64,000 nt of DNA, from contig CAVTDU010000038.1 of NCBI GenBank assembly GCA_963733565.1, positions 81,466-145,465 of the forward strand. Direction: 5' to 3'. The position numbers were made by a program, and so were the translations under genes. Positions 29,415 to 40,892 of the stretch are shown piece by piece; position 1 is the stretch's first letter, and each line of letters opens with the position of its first letter. The stretch comes from an uncultured Gammaproteobacteria bacterium (GTDB lineage Bacteria > Pseudomonadota > Gammaproteobacteria > Steroidobacterales > Steroidobacteraceae). Under the pieces are notes generated by a model that saw only the letters and a list, made by a program, of their open reading frames with translations, did not search any database and was not told the origin of the DNA.

Positions 29415-29719
29415 GCTGGGTCAAGGCTGCTCCCGCCGCGTCGATACCGCCGGGCGACTACGCGACCGCGGAAGTGGACGGCGTCTTCGTCGCGATCTTC
29501 AACGTCGCGGGCGAATTCCTCGCCGTCGAGGACGTCTGCACCCACGACGGCGGCGGCCTCGCGGGAGGCGCAGTCGAAGGCGACCAGGTCATCTGTCCGC
29601 GCCACGGCGCGCGCTTCTGCCTGCGCACCGGCCGGGCCCTGTCGCCACCCGCCTACGAGCCCGTGCGTAGCTACGAGACGCGAGTCGTGGACGGCCAGGT
29701 CGAGGTGCGCGGCGCATGA
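29411..29719 (+). CDS. Rieske (2Fe-2S) domain protein
   Basis: CTHDGG ... CPRHGARF Rieske ligand boxes. GTG start overlapping the sufT stop. Confidence 0.8.
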   Translation: MSWVKAAPAASIPPGDYATAEVDGVFVAIFNVAGEFLAVEDVCTHDGGGLAGGAVEGDQVICPRHGARFCLRTGRALSPPAYEPVRSYETRVVDGQVEVRGA

Positions 29720-30213
29720 AGCGACTTACGCTGGTACGTCATTCGAAATCGGACTGGTCGCTGCCCGGCCAGCAGGACTGGGACCGCGCGCTCAACAAGC
29801 GCGGACAGCGCGACGCTCCGGAAATGGCGCGACGCCTGCGCGCAAGGAAACTGAAGCCCGACGTCATCCTCTCGAGCCCGGCCGTGCGCGCGCTGGCTAC
29901 CGCCACGATCATGGCGCGGGAGCTCAAGGTCGCGGCCAGCATCGTCCGCCAGGACGAGCGGCTCTACCTCGCGGGGCCTGCCGACATGCTGACGGTGATC
30001 CGGGAACTCGGCGGCAGCGCAGGGCACCTGATGGTCTTCGGCCACAACCCCGGCATCACCGATTTCGCGAACCGGCTGTCCGCCGGGGACCGCATCGACA
30101 ACATGCCGACATCGGCGGTGTTCACCGCCACCTTCGCGATCCGGGACTGGAGCGAGCTCGACTGGGGCAGCGGCCAGGACGCGCAGTTCGACTACCCGAA
30201 GAACCTGGCCTAG
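29716..30213 (+). CDS. sixA: phosphohistidine phosphatase SixA-like
   Basis: LVRHSKS RH motif, size about 165 aa, GHNPG motif. Confidence 0.7.
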   Translation: MKRLTLVRHSKSDWSLPGQQDWDRALNKRGQRDAPEMARRLRARKLKPDVILSSPAVRALATATIMARELKVAASIVRQDERLYLAGPADMLTVIRELGGSAGHLMVFGHNPGITDFANRLSAGDRIDNMPTSAVFTATFAIRDWSELDWGSGQDAQFDYPKNLA

Positions 30214-30917
30214 CCCCGCCCGAAGACGGGGACAGCAGCGCCGGTCACCGCCTCCGCGCTGTCGGAGGCAAGGAAAAGCACGACGTCTGCGATCGCCTCG
30301 GGCGTGACCCAGCGCGAGAAGTCCGCGTCCGGCATGTCCGAGCGGTTGCGGGGCGTGTCGATCGTGCCGGGCAGGATCGCATTCACCGTGATGCCGCGGT
30401 CCTTGAGTTCGTCCGCCAGGCTCTCGGTCAGCTTCTGCACGCCCGCCTTCGATGCGGTATACGCGCCCATGCCGGCGCCGGCGCGCGCGGCCGCTGCACC
30501 CGCCCCGATGTTGATGATGCGGCCCCTCCCTCGCTCCAGCAGCATGGGCAGCGCCTGCTTGCAACTCACCACCGCCGTGCGCAGGTTCATGCGGTAGAGC
30601 TGGTCCCAGGTCTCCACGTCGCCGTCCGCGAGCGTCTGCCACTGGAAGCCGCCGGCCACGTTCACCAGCACGTCCATTCCGCCGAGACGCATCGCGGCGG
30701 CCAGCATGGCCCGGCGCGTCGATTCCACGTCGCCGAGGTCCACGCCGCCGATCAGCAGATGACCCGTCGCGAACTCGGCCTGCAGCGCGGGCGGCGGAGT
30801 CTGCGCGAGGTCGAGCAGTGCGACGTTCGCGCCATGACGGGCGAACGCGCGCGCAACCGTCGAACCGAGCACGCCGAAGGCGCCGGTCACCACGACCACC
30901 CTGCCCTTCATGTCCAT
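30210..30917 (-). CDS. short-chain dehydrogenase/reductase (SDR)
   Basis: [18 protein letters not shown] glycine-rich NAD(P) motif and YTASK catalytic motif. Fused to sdaA in the ORF track only because of an upstream frameshift. Confidence 0.8.
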   Translation of the reverse strand: MDMKGRVVVVTGAFGVLGSTVARAFARHGANVALLDLAQTPPPALQAEFATGHLLIGGVDLGDVESTRRAMLAAAMRLGGMDVLVNVAGGFQWQTLADGDVETWDQLYRMNLRTAVVSCKQALPMLLERGRGRIINIGAGAAAARAGAGMGAYTASKAGVQKLTESLADELKDRGITVNAILPGTIDTPRNRSDMPDADFSRWVTPEAIADVVLFLASDSAEAVTGAAVPVFGRG

Positions 30918-30919
30918 GC

Positions 30920-32291
<1,372 letters not shown>

Positions 32292-32471
32292 GGGGGAAGC
32301 GGGAAGCGGAAAGCGGTTAGTGACTAGCGGTTAGCGGTTAGTAGGAAGGATACTGCAGTGGCAGGTCCACGCGCTGACGTTCACGGAGAAGGATAGCCCG
32401 GCCGCAGCGCGCTGCCTCCTCACTAACCGCTAACCGCTGATCACTAACCACTTTCCGCTTCGCTTCCGCCT
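32292..32471. repeat. palindromic heptad-repeat element E2, putA-sdaA spacer
   Basis: Arms 32295-32349 and 32415-32470 are about 90 percent complementary (GGAAGCG / GTTAGCG heptads). 65-nt spacer ending in the palindrome GCAGCGCGCTGC. Fills the whole intergenic gap. Confidence 0.9.
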
Positions 32472-35400
32472 CTACTCCATCGCCAGCAGCGACGCATTCC
32501 CGCCGACCGCCGACGTGTTGATGGTGAGCGTCCGTTCGTGGGCGAACCGGTGCAGGTAGTGCGGACCGCCGGCCTTGGGTCCCGTTCCCGACAGCCCGCA
32601 GCCGCCGAACGGCTGGGTGCCGACCACGGCGCCGATCATGTTGCGGTTCACGTAGACGTTGCCGGCCGTGATGCGGGAGGTCACGCGTCGCACGGTGCTG
32701 TCGATGCGGCTGTGGATGCCGAAGGTCAGCCCGTAGCCCGTGCCGTTGATCGAATCGACGAGACTCTCCAGGTCCCGGGCACGGTACTGCAGCACGTGCA
32801 GGACCGGACCGAAGACCTCGCGTTCCAGCACGTCGATCGCCTTGATCTCGACTGCGAGCGGCGCGACGAAGGTGCCGGCACGGGTCGCGGGGCCGAGTTC
32901 ACAGCGGTGATGCCACGCAGCCCCCTGCACGATCGATTTCGAATGCCGCTCGAGGATGTCGCGCGCCGCCACGTCGATGACAGGCCCGACGTCCGTCGCC
33001 AGCAGGGCCGGATCGCCGATCACGAGCTCGTTCATGTAGCCCGCGAGCAGGCGCTTGACCTTGGGCGCGATGTCTTCCTGCACGCACAGCACGCGCAGCG
33101 CCGAGCAGCGCTGGCCGGCACTGTTGATGGAGGACTGCACGGCGTCGATGACAACCTGTTCCGGAAGCGCCGAGCTGTCCGCGATCATTGCGTTCTGGCC
33201 GCCGGTCTCGGCGATCAGGACCGGAATCGGCCCATCGCGTCCGGCGAGAGCCCGGTGGATGAGGTGGGCGGTCTCCGTCGAGCCCGTGAACGCCACGCCT
33301 GCAACGCGCCTGTCCGCGACCGCGCGCGCACCGACGATTGCACCGTCGCCCGGCAGGAAATGCAGCACCTCGCCCGGAATGCCCGCCTGCAGCATCAGCC
33401 GCACGGCCTGCGCCGCCACGAGCGGCGTCTGCTCGGCAGGCTTGGCGACGACGGCGTTGCCCGCCGCCAGCGCGGCGGCCACCTGCCCCGCGAAGATCGC
33501 CAGCGGAAAATTCCACGGGCTGATGCAGACGAATACGCCCCGTCCGTGCAGCGAGAGCTCGTTGCTCTCTCCGGTCGGTCCCGGCATGCGCAGCGGCTTG
33601 CCGAAGTCCTCCCTGGCGCGCGCGGCGTAGTAGCGCAGGAAATCCACGGCCTCGCGGACTTCCGCGATGCTGTCCGGCACCGTCTTGCCCGCCTCGCGGA
33701 CGCACATCGCGACCAGCTCGTGCAGGTTCTGCTGGAACAGGTCCGCTGCCCGGTCGAGCGCGGCCGCGCGCGGCTCCGGACCGGCCATGTCCCAGGCTGG
33801 CTGGGCTCGCACTGCCGCCGCGATCGCTTCATCCACCTGTGCAGCGCTGGCCGTACGCACGGTGCCCACGACTTCCGCCGTATTCGCCGGATTGCGGATC
33901 GGCTCCGCCGGTCCGTCCGCGTCGTGACCCGAGATGATCGGCGAGGCCACCCATGGGCGCTGCGACACGCGCTCCATGCGATCGGCAAGTTCGCGCAGCG
34001 TCCCGCCGTCCGCCAGGTTGAGACCAAGCGAATTGCGCCGCTGCGGCTCGTACAGGTTCACGGGCAACGGGATTCGCGGATGCGCGACGCGCTCCACGCT
34101 GTCCACCGTGCGCACCGGGTCCGCAACGATGCTGTCGACGGGCTCGGCTTCATTGACGATCCGGTTGACGAACGACGTGTTCGCGCCGTTCTCGAGCAGT
34201 CGCCGGACGAGGTATGGAAGCAGGTCCTCGTGCTCACCCACGGGTGCGTAGACGCGGCACGGTACGCCGATCCCGTCCGCCCTCGTGACCTCGGCGTACA
34301 GGCCCTCGCCCATGCCGTGCAGGCGCTGGAATTCGAATTCCCGCCCCGAGCGCCTGGCCATGTGCCACACGGCCGCCACCGTGTGCGCGTTGTGCGTGGC
34401 GAACTGCGGGTAGAGGCGGCCCGCCCCCTGCTCCAGGATCAGCCTCGCGCAGGCAAGGTACGAGACGTCCGTGTTCGGCTTGCGCGTGAACACCGGATAC
34501 CCCGCCAGGCCACGTTCCTGGCCGCGCTTGATCTCTGCGTCCCAGTACGCGCCCTTGACGAGCCGCACGTGCAGTACCCGGTTCGTCTCCGTCGCGAGGC
34601 CGGCGAGATACCGCAGCGCCGCCTGCGCGCGCTTCTGGTAGGCCTGGACCGCGATGCCGAAGCCGGACCATTCGGCGAGGCGCGGCGACCGGCAGACCGC
34701 CTCGACCAGTTCGAGCGTGAGCTCGAGGCGCTCCGACTCCTCCGCGTCGAGCGTGAGCGCAACTCCGGCGTCACGCGCGCCGACGCACAACTCGACCAGT
34801 CGCGGCGCGAGCTCGGCCAGCACGCGACGGCGGTGCGCGCGCTCGAACTTCGGATGCAGCGCGGAGAGCTTGACCGAGATGCTCGGCCGCGACTCTGCGT
34901 CGGCGTACTCGCCGGCGCGGCCCTGCAGCGCACCGATGGCGCGCCCGTAGGCGTCGAAGTAGCGATCGGCGTCGGCGCTGGTCAGTGCCGCTTCGCCGAG
35001 CATGTCGAACGTGTATCGATAGCGACGGTTGGCGCCGGCGAGCGAATTGTCGAGCGCTTCGGCAATCGTGCGCCCCATCACGAACTGGTGGCCCATGATG
35101 CGCATCGCCTGGCGCATCGCGGTGCGCACGACCGGCTCGCCCATGCGGCCGACGACGCGCGAGATCGCTCCCTGCGGCGCCGAAACGTCGCTCGCGTCGA
35201 GGCGGATGATGCGGCCCGTGAGCATGAGTCCCCAGGTCGAGGCATTCACGAACAGCGACTGGCTGTCGCCGAGGTGACTCGCCCAGTCGCCTGCCCTGAG
35301 CTTGTCGGCGATCAGGCGATCCGCGGTCTCGTCGTCCGGAATCCTGAGCAGGGCCTCGGCGAGGCACATCAGGATCACGCCTTCCTGCGAGGACAGATCG

Positions 35401-35657
35401 TACTGGCGCAGGAATGCATCGATCCCGCTCTTCGCCGCCGGGGCACGCCGCACAGCTTCGACGAGGCGCGTGGCGGTAGCCTGCACCTCGGCCGAATCCG
35501 CGTCACCGAGGCGAGCGGCCGCGGCCAGCCGACGCACGACCGCCTCCTCGTCGGCGAGGAAGTCTTCGTTGATCGCCCGCCCGGCGTCCGTCAGGAAATC
35601 CGCGGCATCGGCAAACAGGAACCTGGACGAAGATCCTTCGCCGGATGGACTGGACAT
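32472..35657 (-). CDS. putA: bifunctional proline dehydrogenase / L-glutamate gamma-semialdehyde dehydrogenase PutA
   Basis: Intact 1061-aa ORF with an N-terminal PRODH barrel and a C-terminal aldehyde dehydrogenase (FTGSTETA, ETGGQNA...CSA). Confidence 0.92.
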   Translation of the reverse strand: MSSPSGEGSSSRFLFADAADFLTDAGRAINEDFLADEEAVVRRLAAAARLGDADSAEVQATATRLVEAVRRAPAAKSGIDAFLRQYDLSSQEGVILMCLAEALLRIPDDETADRLIADKLRAGDWASHLGDSQSLFVNASTWGLMLTGRIIRLDASDVSAPQGAISRVVGRMGEPVVRTAMRQAMRIMGHQFVMGRTIAEALDNSLAGANRRYRYTFDMLGEAALTSADADRYFDAYGRAIGALQGRAGEYADAESRPSISVKLSALHPKFERAHRRRVLAELAPRLVELCVGARDAGVALTLDAEESERLELTLELVEAVCRSPRLAEWSGFGIAVQAYQKRAQAALRYLAGLATETNRVLHVRLVKGAYWDAEIKRGQERGLAGYPVFTRKPNTDVSYLACARLILEQGAGRLYPQFATHNAHTVAAVWHMARRSGREFEFQRLHGMGEGLYAEVTRADGIGVPCRVYAPVGEHEDLLPYLVRRLLENGANTSFVNRIVNEAEPVDSIVADPVRTVDSVERVAHPRIPLPVNLYEPQRRNSLGLNLADGGTLRELADRMERVSQRPWVASPIISGHDADGPAEPIRNPANTAEVVGTVRTASAAQVDEAIAAAVRAQPAWDMAGPEPRAAALDRAADLFQQNLHELVAMCVREAGKTVPDSIAEVREAVDFLRYYAARAREDFGKPLRMPGPTGESNELSLHGRGVFVCISPWNFPLAIFAGQVAAALAAGNAVVAKPAEQTPLVAAQAVRLMLQAGIPGEVLHFLPGDGAIVGARAVADRRVAGVAFTGSTETAHLIHRALAGRDGPIPVLIAETGGQNAMIADSSALPEQVVIDAVQSSINSAGQRCSALRVLCVQEDIAPKVKRLLAGYMNELVIGDPALLATDVGPVIDVAARDILERHSKSIVQGAAWHHRCELGPATRAGTFVAPLAVEIKAIDVLEREVFGPVLHVLQYRARDLESLVDSINGTGYGLTFGIHSRIDSTVRRVTSRITAGNVYVNRNMIGAVVGTQPFGGCGLSGTGPKAGGPHYLHRFAHERTLTINTSAVGGNASLLAME

Positions 35658-35665
35658 GAAGCTAC

Positions 35666-36375
35666 CTACTTGGTCTCGTACAGCAGGCCGATCGTCGTCA
35701 GCGTGTCGGTCTTCTCGATGCCCGGCGGGACATCGGTGTTGTAGCGCACCTCGTAGCCGATCCGCAGCCCGAGCGCCCCGGACATCATGACCTCGAGCCC
35801 GAGGTTGTTCTGCAGGTAGGTGTTGTCGGAACCGGTCTCGATCAGGAACCGCTCCACGATCTTGGTATTCCCGGTGAGCTGCTGCTCGAAGCCGAGGTCT
35901 CCGCGGAAGATCAGCCCATCGATGGTGTCACCGGTATCCGCTCCTTGGAAACTCGATAGCCCGGGCCGCCCTGCACCCAGAACTTGGTCTTGTCCGTGTT
36001 GATGAACCTGTAGCCAAGACCGGTCGCGAGCGATCCCTGGTAGTCGAAGGCGCTGAAGCGGTCGTCGTCGTAACGGCCAGCGCCGAACCAGTAGGCTTTC
36101 GGCGTGAAGTCGTAGCTCGACTGTCCGCGGACCTCCCAGCGCTGGGCCGTGGTCTCGCCCCCGGAACTGCCATAGTTGCCCGAGAAGCCGAATTCGTCGC
36201 TCCACGGGCCGCGAACGTACTTGACGACCGCCGCCGCGTTCGCCGACTCGGCGTCGCTGTTGCCAGTGGCGAAAGACCCGCCGAGTTCGGCCTTGCCGGA
36301 CCAGTCGGCATGGGCCGGCAGACAGGCTGCCAGCAGACCCAATCCCAGCAGCGATGCGTGCTTGTGCTTGATCAC
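35666..36375 (-). CDS. DUF481-family outer-membrane beta-barrel protein (YdiY-like), one apparent frameshift
   Basis: Signal peptide MIKHKHASLLGLGLLAACLPAHA, alternating beta-strand pattern, C-terminal ...TIGLLYETK. Frame switch near 35925-35945. Confidence 0.65.
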
Positions 36376-36542
36376 CTATTCGACTCCTTGCCGCATTGCG
36401 GCAGATCCCGATTCCGGCGCGAGTATAGCCAAACAGGCGACGCCGTCGGACAGAACGACGGCCTTGCCGAGTGCGACGCGGCCCTTGCGACGCATCCCTT
36501 CTGCTACGCAGAATTGACTCCCTCCCTCCCGACGGCCAGCAC

Positions 36543-37325
36543 ATGAGCGACACGCCCTACAAGTTCGCAGCAACCACCGAGAGCTTTGCCACGGCCGTCG
36601 TCGAGGCTTCGCGAGAGCGACCGGTGCTGGTGGATTTCTGGGCGCCCTGGTGCGGCCCGTGCCGGACACTCATGCCCCTGCTCGAGCGCATCGCGGACGA
36701 CTACGGCGGACGATTCGCGCTCGCCAAGGTCAATACCGACGAGGAGCAGCAGGTCGCCGCACATTTCGGCATCCGCAGCATTCCCACCGTCATGCTGTTC
36801 GACCAGGGCAAGGCGGTCGAGCAGTTCGTGGGCGTGCAGCCCGAGCAGGCGATCAGGGCGCTCCTCGACCGGTACCTTGCCCAGCGCGCGGGCGACGACT
36901 CCGGCGGACCCGCCGGTGCCGCCGCAAGTATCGAAGAGGCGCTTGCCGCCCGCGATGTCGCGCAGGCAACGGCCGCGCTTGCCGCGCTCGAGGCAGAGGA
37001 TCCGCAGCGCCCTGCATTGAAGGGACTCAGGGCGAGAGTTTCCTTCCTCGAAGCCGCGACTGCCCGGCCTGACGTCGTGGCCCTGAGGTCTGCGCTCGCG
37101 AGCGACCCATCGGATGGGGCGGCCCGCCACGCGCTCGCCGCGCATCACGCGCTGGCCGGCGACTACGCGACGGCGCTGTCGGAGTGGCTCGATCTGATGC
37201 GGCGCGACCGCCGGTACGGCGACGACCTCGCCCGGCGCAGCCTGCTGGCGGCATTCGACGTGCTCGGCGAGGGGCATGAGCTGACGGCAGGCTACCGGCG
37301 CCGGATGGCGAGCCTGCTGCACTGA
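36543..37325 (+). CDS. thioredoxin-domain / TPR chaperedoxin (YbbN/CnoX-like)
   Basis: N-terminal thioredoxin fold with WAPWCGPC, followed by a TPR-like C-terminal half. Confidence 0.8.
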   Translation: MSDTPYKFAATTESFATAVVEASRERPVLVDFWAPWCGPCRTLMPLLERIADDYGGRFALAKVNTDEEQQVAAHFGIRSIPTVMLFDQGKAVEQFVGVQPEQAIRALLDRYLAQRAGDDSGGPAGAAASIEEALAARDVAQATAALAALEAEDPQRPALKGLRARVSFLEAATARPDVVALRSALASDPSDGAARHALAAHHALAGDYATALSEWLDLMRRDRRYGDDLARRSLLAAFDVLGEGHELTAGYRRRMASLLH

Positions 37326-37413
37326 GGTTGGCAGGTATACGTCTTGCCGACGCCATGTGACCGAAGTATAAGAAGCCGCGAGTGGCGCCAGACTTTCAGC
37401 CCCGGGTCTTGCG

Positions 37414-37662
37414 ATGGCAGAGAAGCCTGAGTCCGAAGAGTTCGACGACGAAGAAGCCGACGAGGTCGCCGGCGGCGAGGACTCGCTCGACGTCGACCGG
37501 CTGATGCAGGACCTCGACAAGCGCAAGCGCGGGGCGCCGAAGGGTGCCGAGCCTGCGTGGCGCAAGCTCGAGCGGCTGCTCGAGCAGAAGCGCACTTCGG
37601 AACTGCTGAGCGATTTCGACGACTACGACATCGGCGACGGGCGGCGTCCGCGCAAGAGCTGA
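37414..37662 (+). CDS. small acidic hypothetical protein
   Basis: 82-aa ORF, very acidic N-terminus and basic centre. No recognisable motif; coding status inferred from ORF context only. Confidence 0.4.
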   Translation: MAEKPESEEFDDEEADEVAGGEDSLDVDRLMQDLDKRKRGAPKGAEPAWRKLERLLEQKRTSELLSDFDDYDIGDGRRPRKS

Positions 37663-37696
37663 CCGGGCCCGGGCCCGGCCGGCTGCAGCGTTGCTG

Positions 37697-40600
37697 CTAG
37701 TGAAAGTCACGCGGGCTGGTCGCGATCCGCCCCAGCCACCGCGACAGATCCACGATCCGGTGCGCGATCACGTGCATCACCTCGCCCTCGAGCTGCAGTT
37801 CCCCCGCCACGCCCATCAGGCGCGAGCCGATGAGCGCCTGGCGCTGGCGGTCGGCCACGTTTCTCCACACGATCAGGTTGACGTACCCCGTCTCGTCCTC
37901 GAGCGTGACGAAGGTGACGCCCTGGGCGCTGCCTGGACGCTGCCGCGTGATGACGAGCCCGGCGGTGCGGACCGTCGCGCCCTGCTTCATCCCGCGCAAC
38001 TGCGCCGCGGTCAGGATCCCGCGCGTCTCGAGCCTTGCCCGCAGCAGCGCCAGCGGGTGGCGACGCAGCGTGAGCCCCGTGTGTGCGTAGTCGGCCACGA
38101 TATCCTCGCCTTCGCGCGGCGCACGCAGCATGGGTATGCCTTCGGCAATCCGCAGCTGCGGGAGGATCGGCAGCGGCGCCTCGACGCCAGCCACGTTCCA
38201 CGCGGCCCGGTGGCGATGGCCTGCGAATCCTTCGAGCGCACCAGCGGCGGCCAGGCAGCCGAGTTCGCGGCGGTCGAGCCTGGCCCGTTCGGCGAGGTCC
38301 TGCACGTTCGCGAACGCGCCCGTGAGCCGCGTCTCGACGAGGCGCAGCGCGGCCGGCTCCGACAGTCCCTTCACCAGCCGCAGGCCGAGGCGCAGCGCCG
38401 CTGCGCCGTCCTCGCGCCGCTCGAGCGTGCAGTCCCAGTCGCTCGCGCGCGCGTCGACCGGGCGGATCTCGACGTCATGGCGTTGCGCGTCCTGCACGAG
38501 CTGCGACGGCGCGTAGAACCCCATCGGCTGGCTGTTCAGCAGCGCCGCGGTGAATGCCGCCGGCTCGTGGCGCTTGAGCCACGCCGACACGTACACCAGC
38601 AGCGCAAAGCTCGCGGCATGCGACTCCGGGAATCCGTACTCGCCGAAACCGAGGATCTGCCGGAAGATCTGCTTCGCGAACTCCTCGGCGTAGCCCCGCT
38701 CGCGCATGCCGCGAATCAGCCGTTCCTCGAAGTGCCCGAGTCCGCCCTTGCGCTTCCAGGCGGCCATCGCGCGGCGCAGCTGGTCCGCCTCGCCCGCCGT
38801 GAAGCCCGCGGCGACGATCGCCAGCTGCATCACCTGCTCCTGGAAGATCGGCACGCCGAGCGTGCGCTGCAGCACTCCTTCGACTTCCGCGCTGGGGTAA
38901 CTCACGGGCTCGAGCCCGCCGCGGCGGCGCAGGTACGGGTGCACCATGTCGCCCTGGATCGGGCCCGGGCGGATGATCGCCACTTCGATCACGAGGTCGT
39001 AGTAATTGCGCGGCTTCAGGCGCGGCAGCATCGCCATCTGCGCACGCGACTCGATCTGGAACACGCCCATCGTGTCGCCGTGGCCGATCATCTCGTAGAC
39101 GTCCGGGTCTTCCGCCGGCACGCTCGCGAGCGTCCAGCGCGTGCCGCGGAACTGCTCGACCAGCGCGAAGGCACGGCGGATGGCGGCGAGCATGCCGAGT
39201 CCGAGCACGTCCACCTTGAGGAGCCCGAGCGCGTCGAGGTCGTCCTTGTCCCACTGGATGACCGTGCGCTCGTCCATCGCGGCATTCTCGACCGGCACCA
39301 GTTCCTCGAGCAGGTCGCGCGCGATGACGAAACCGCCGACGTGCTGCGACAGGTGCCGCGGGAAGCCGAGCAGCGCACGGGCCAGCGCGATCACCCGCGC
39401 GAGCACCGGGCTCTCGGGATCGAGGCCCGCCTCGCGCACGCGCTCCGCATCGATGTGCGACCCGTCCCACCACTGCATGGAGCGGGCGAGCGCGTTGACC
39501 TGCAGCGGGTCGAGCCCGAGCGCCCTTGCCACGTCGCGGAGCGCGCTGCGCGGCCGGTAGCAGATCACCGTGGCCGTGAGCGCGGCGCGGTGCCGGCCGT
39601 ACTTCGCGTAGATGTACTGGATCACCTCCTCGCGCCGCTCGTGCTCGAAGTCCACGTCGATGTCGGGCGGCTCGTTGCGTTCGCGCGAGATGAAGCGCTC
39701 GAAGAGCAGCGACATCCGCGCCGGGTCCACCTCGGTGACGCCGAGGCAGAAGCACACCGCGGAATTGGCGGCGGACCCGCGCCCCTGGCAGAGGATGCCG
39801 CGCGACCGCGCGTAGTTGACGATGTCGTGCACGGTGAGGAAATACGCCTCGTAGCGCAGCTCCTCGATCAGCGCGAGCTCGTGCTCGATGAGTTTCGCCG
39901 CCGCTGCCGGCACTCCTTGCGGCCAGCGTCGCCGGCACCCCTCGTCCGTCAGCCTGCGCAGCCAGCTCGAGGCCGTCTCGCCCTCGGGGACGATCTCGCG
40001 CGGATATTCGTAGCGCAACTCGTCGAGCGAGAAACGGCAGCGTGACGCGACATCGAGCGTCGCGGCGAGGAGCTCCGGGGGATGGAGTTCCTCCAGCCGC
40101 TGCAGCGGCCGCAGGTGCCGTTCGCCGTTCGCATGCAACGCGTAGCCTGCGCGGTCCACGGTGGTCCCGAGGCGCGTGGCCGTGAGCACGTCCTGCAGCG
40201 CGCGCCGGCCGCGCACGTGCATGTGCACGTCGCCGGTCGCCACCAGTGGCAGGCCGAGCGCCCGGCCGAGTTCCTGCAGCGTCGCGAGCCGGCGGCGATC
40301 ATGCCCGGTGGTGAGCAGCTCGACCGCGATCCACAGCCGGCCGGGAAAGATCGCAGCGAGCCAGGCGGCCTCCGAGGGATCGGGGCGGGCCGAGGGCAGC
40401 CAGAGAGCCAGGCAGGAGGGAAAGGGGATAGCGGATAGCGGTTAGCGGTTAGTGAAGAGGCCGACTGCGTCGGCCGCTCTTGATTCTTACTATCCGCTAA
40501 CCGCTGATCACTAACCGCTCTCTTGCTATCCGCTACCCCGCTCCTCTCCCCGCGAAGTCCTCCCGCTCCAGCCGATACTGCCCCTTCGGCGCCGCCCGTC

Positions 40601-40886
40601 GCGCCCGGGTGATCAGCCGGCAGAGTTGCCCGTAGCCTTGCCTGTCGGTGGCCAGCAGCACGCAACGCAGGCCGTCGACGAGGCGGAATTCGCTGCCGAT
40701 GATTATCCTGAGGCCCCTCGCCTTTGCCGCGACGTGTGCGCGCACCGCACCGGCGACGGAACACTCGTCGGTGATCGCGAGCGCCTCGTAACCGAGCGCG
40801 ACGGCCCGTTCGACGAGTTCCTCCGGGTGCGACGCGCCGCGCAGGAAGCTGAAATTGCTGAGGCAGTGCAGTTCGGCGTAGCCCAT
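37697..40886 (-). CDS. dnaE2: error-prone DNA polymerase DnaE2 (ImuC), coding sequence interrupted by element E3
   Basis: N-terminal PHP fragment [19 protein letters not shown]... (40533-40886) stops at a TAG inside E3. The remaining roughly 915 codons are open from 40441 down to 37697 (...[12 protein letters not shown]...[13 protein letters not shown]...) in another frame. Confidence 0.9.
40415..40550. mobile_element. palindromic heptad-repeat element E3 inserted in dnaE2
   Basis: Left arm TAGCGGA/TAGCGGT heptads (TAG at 40429, 40436, 40443, 40450), apex GGCCGAC-TGC-GTCGGCC (40459-40475), right arm of complementary heptads. Same family as E1, E2 and E4. Confidence 0.85.
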
Positions 40887-40892
40887 GTCCGC

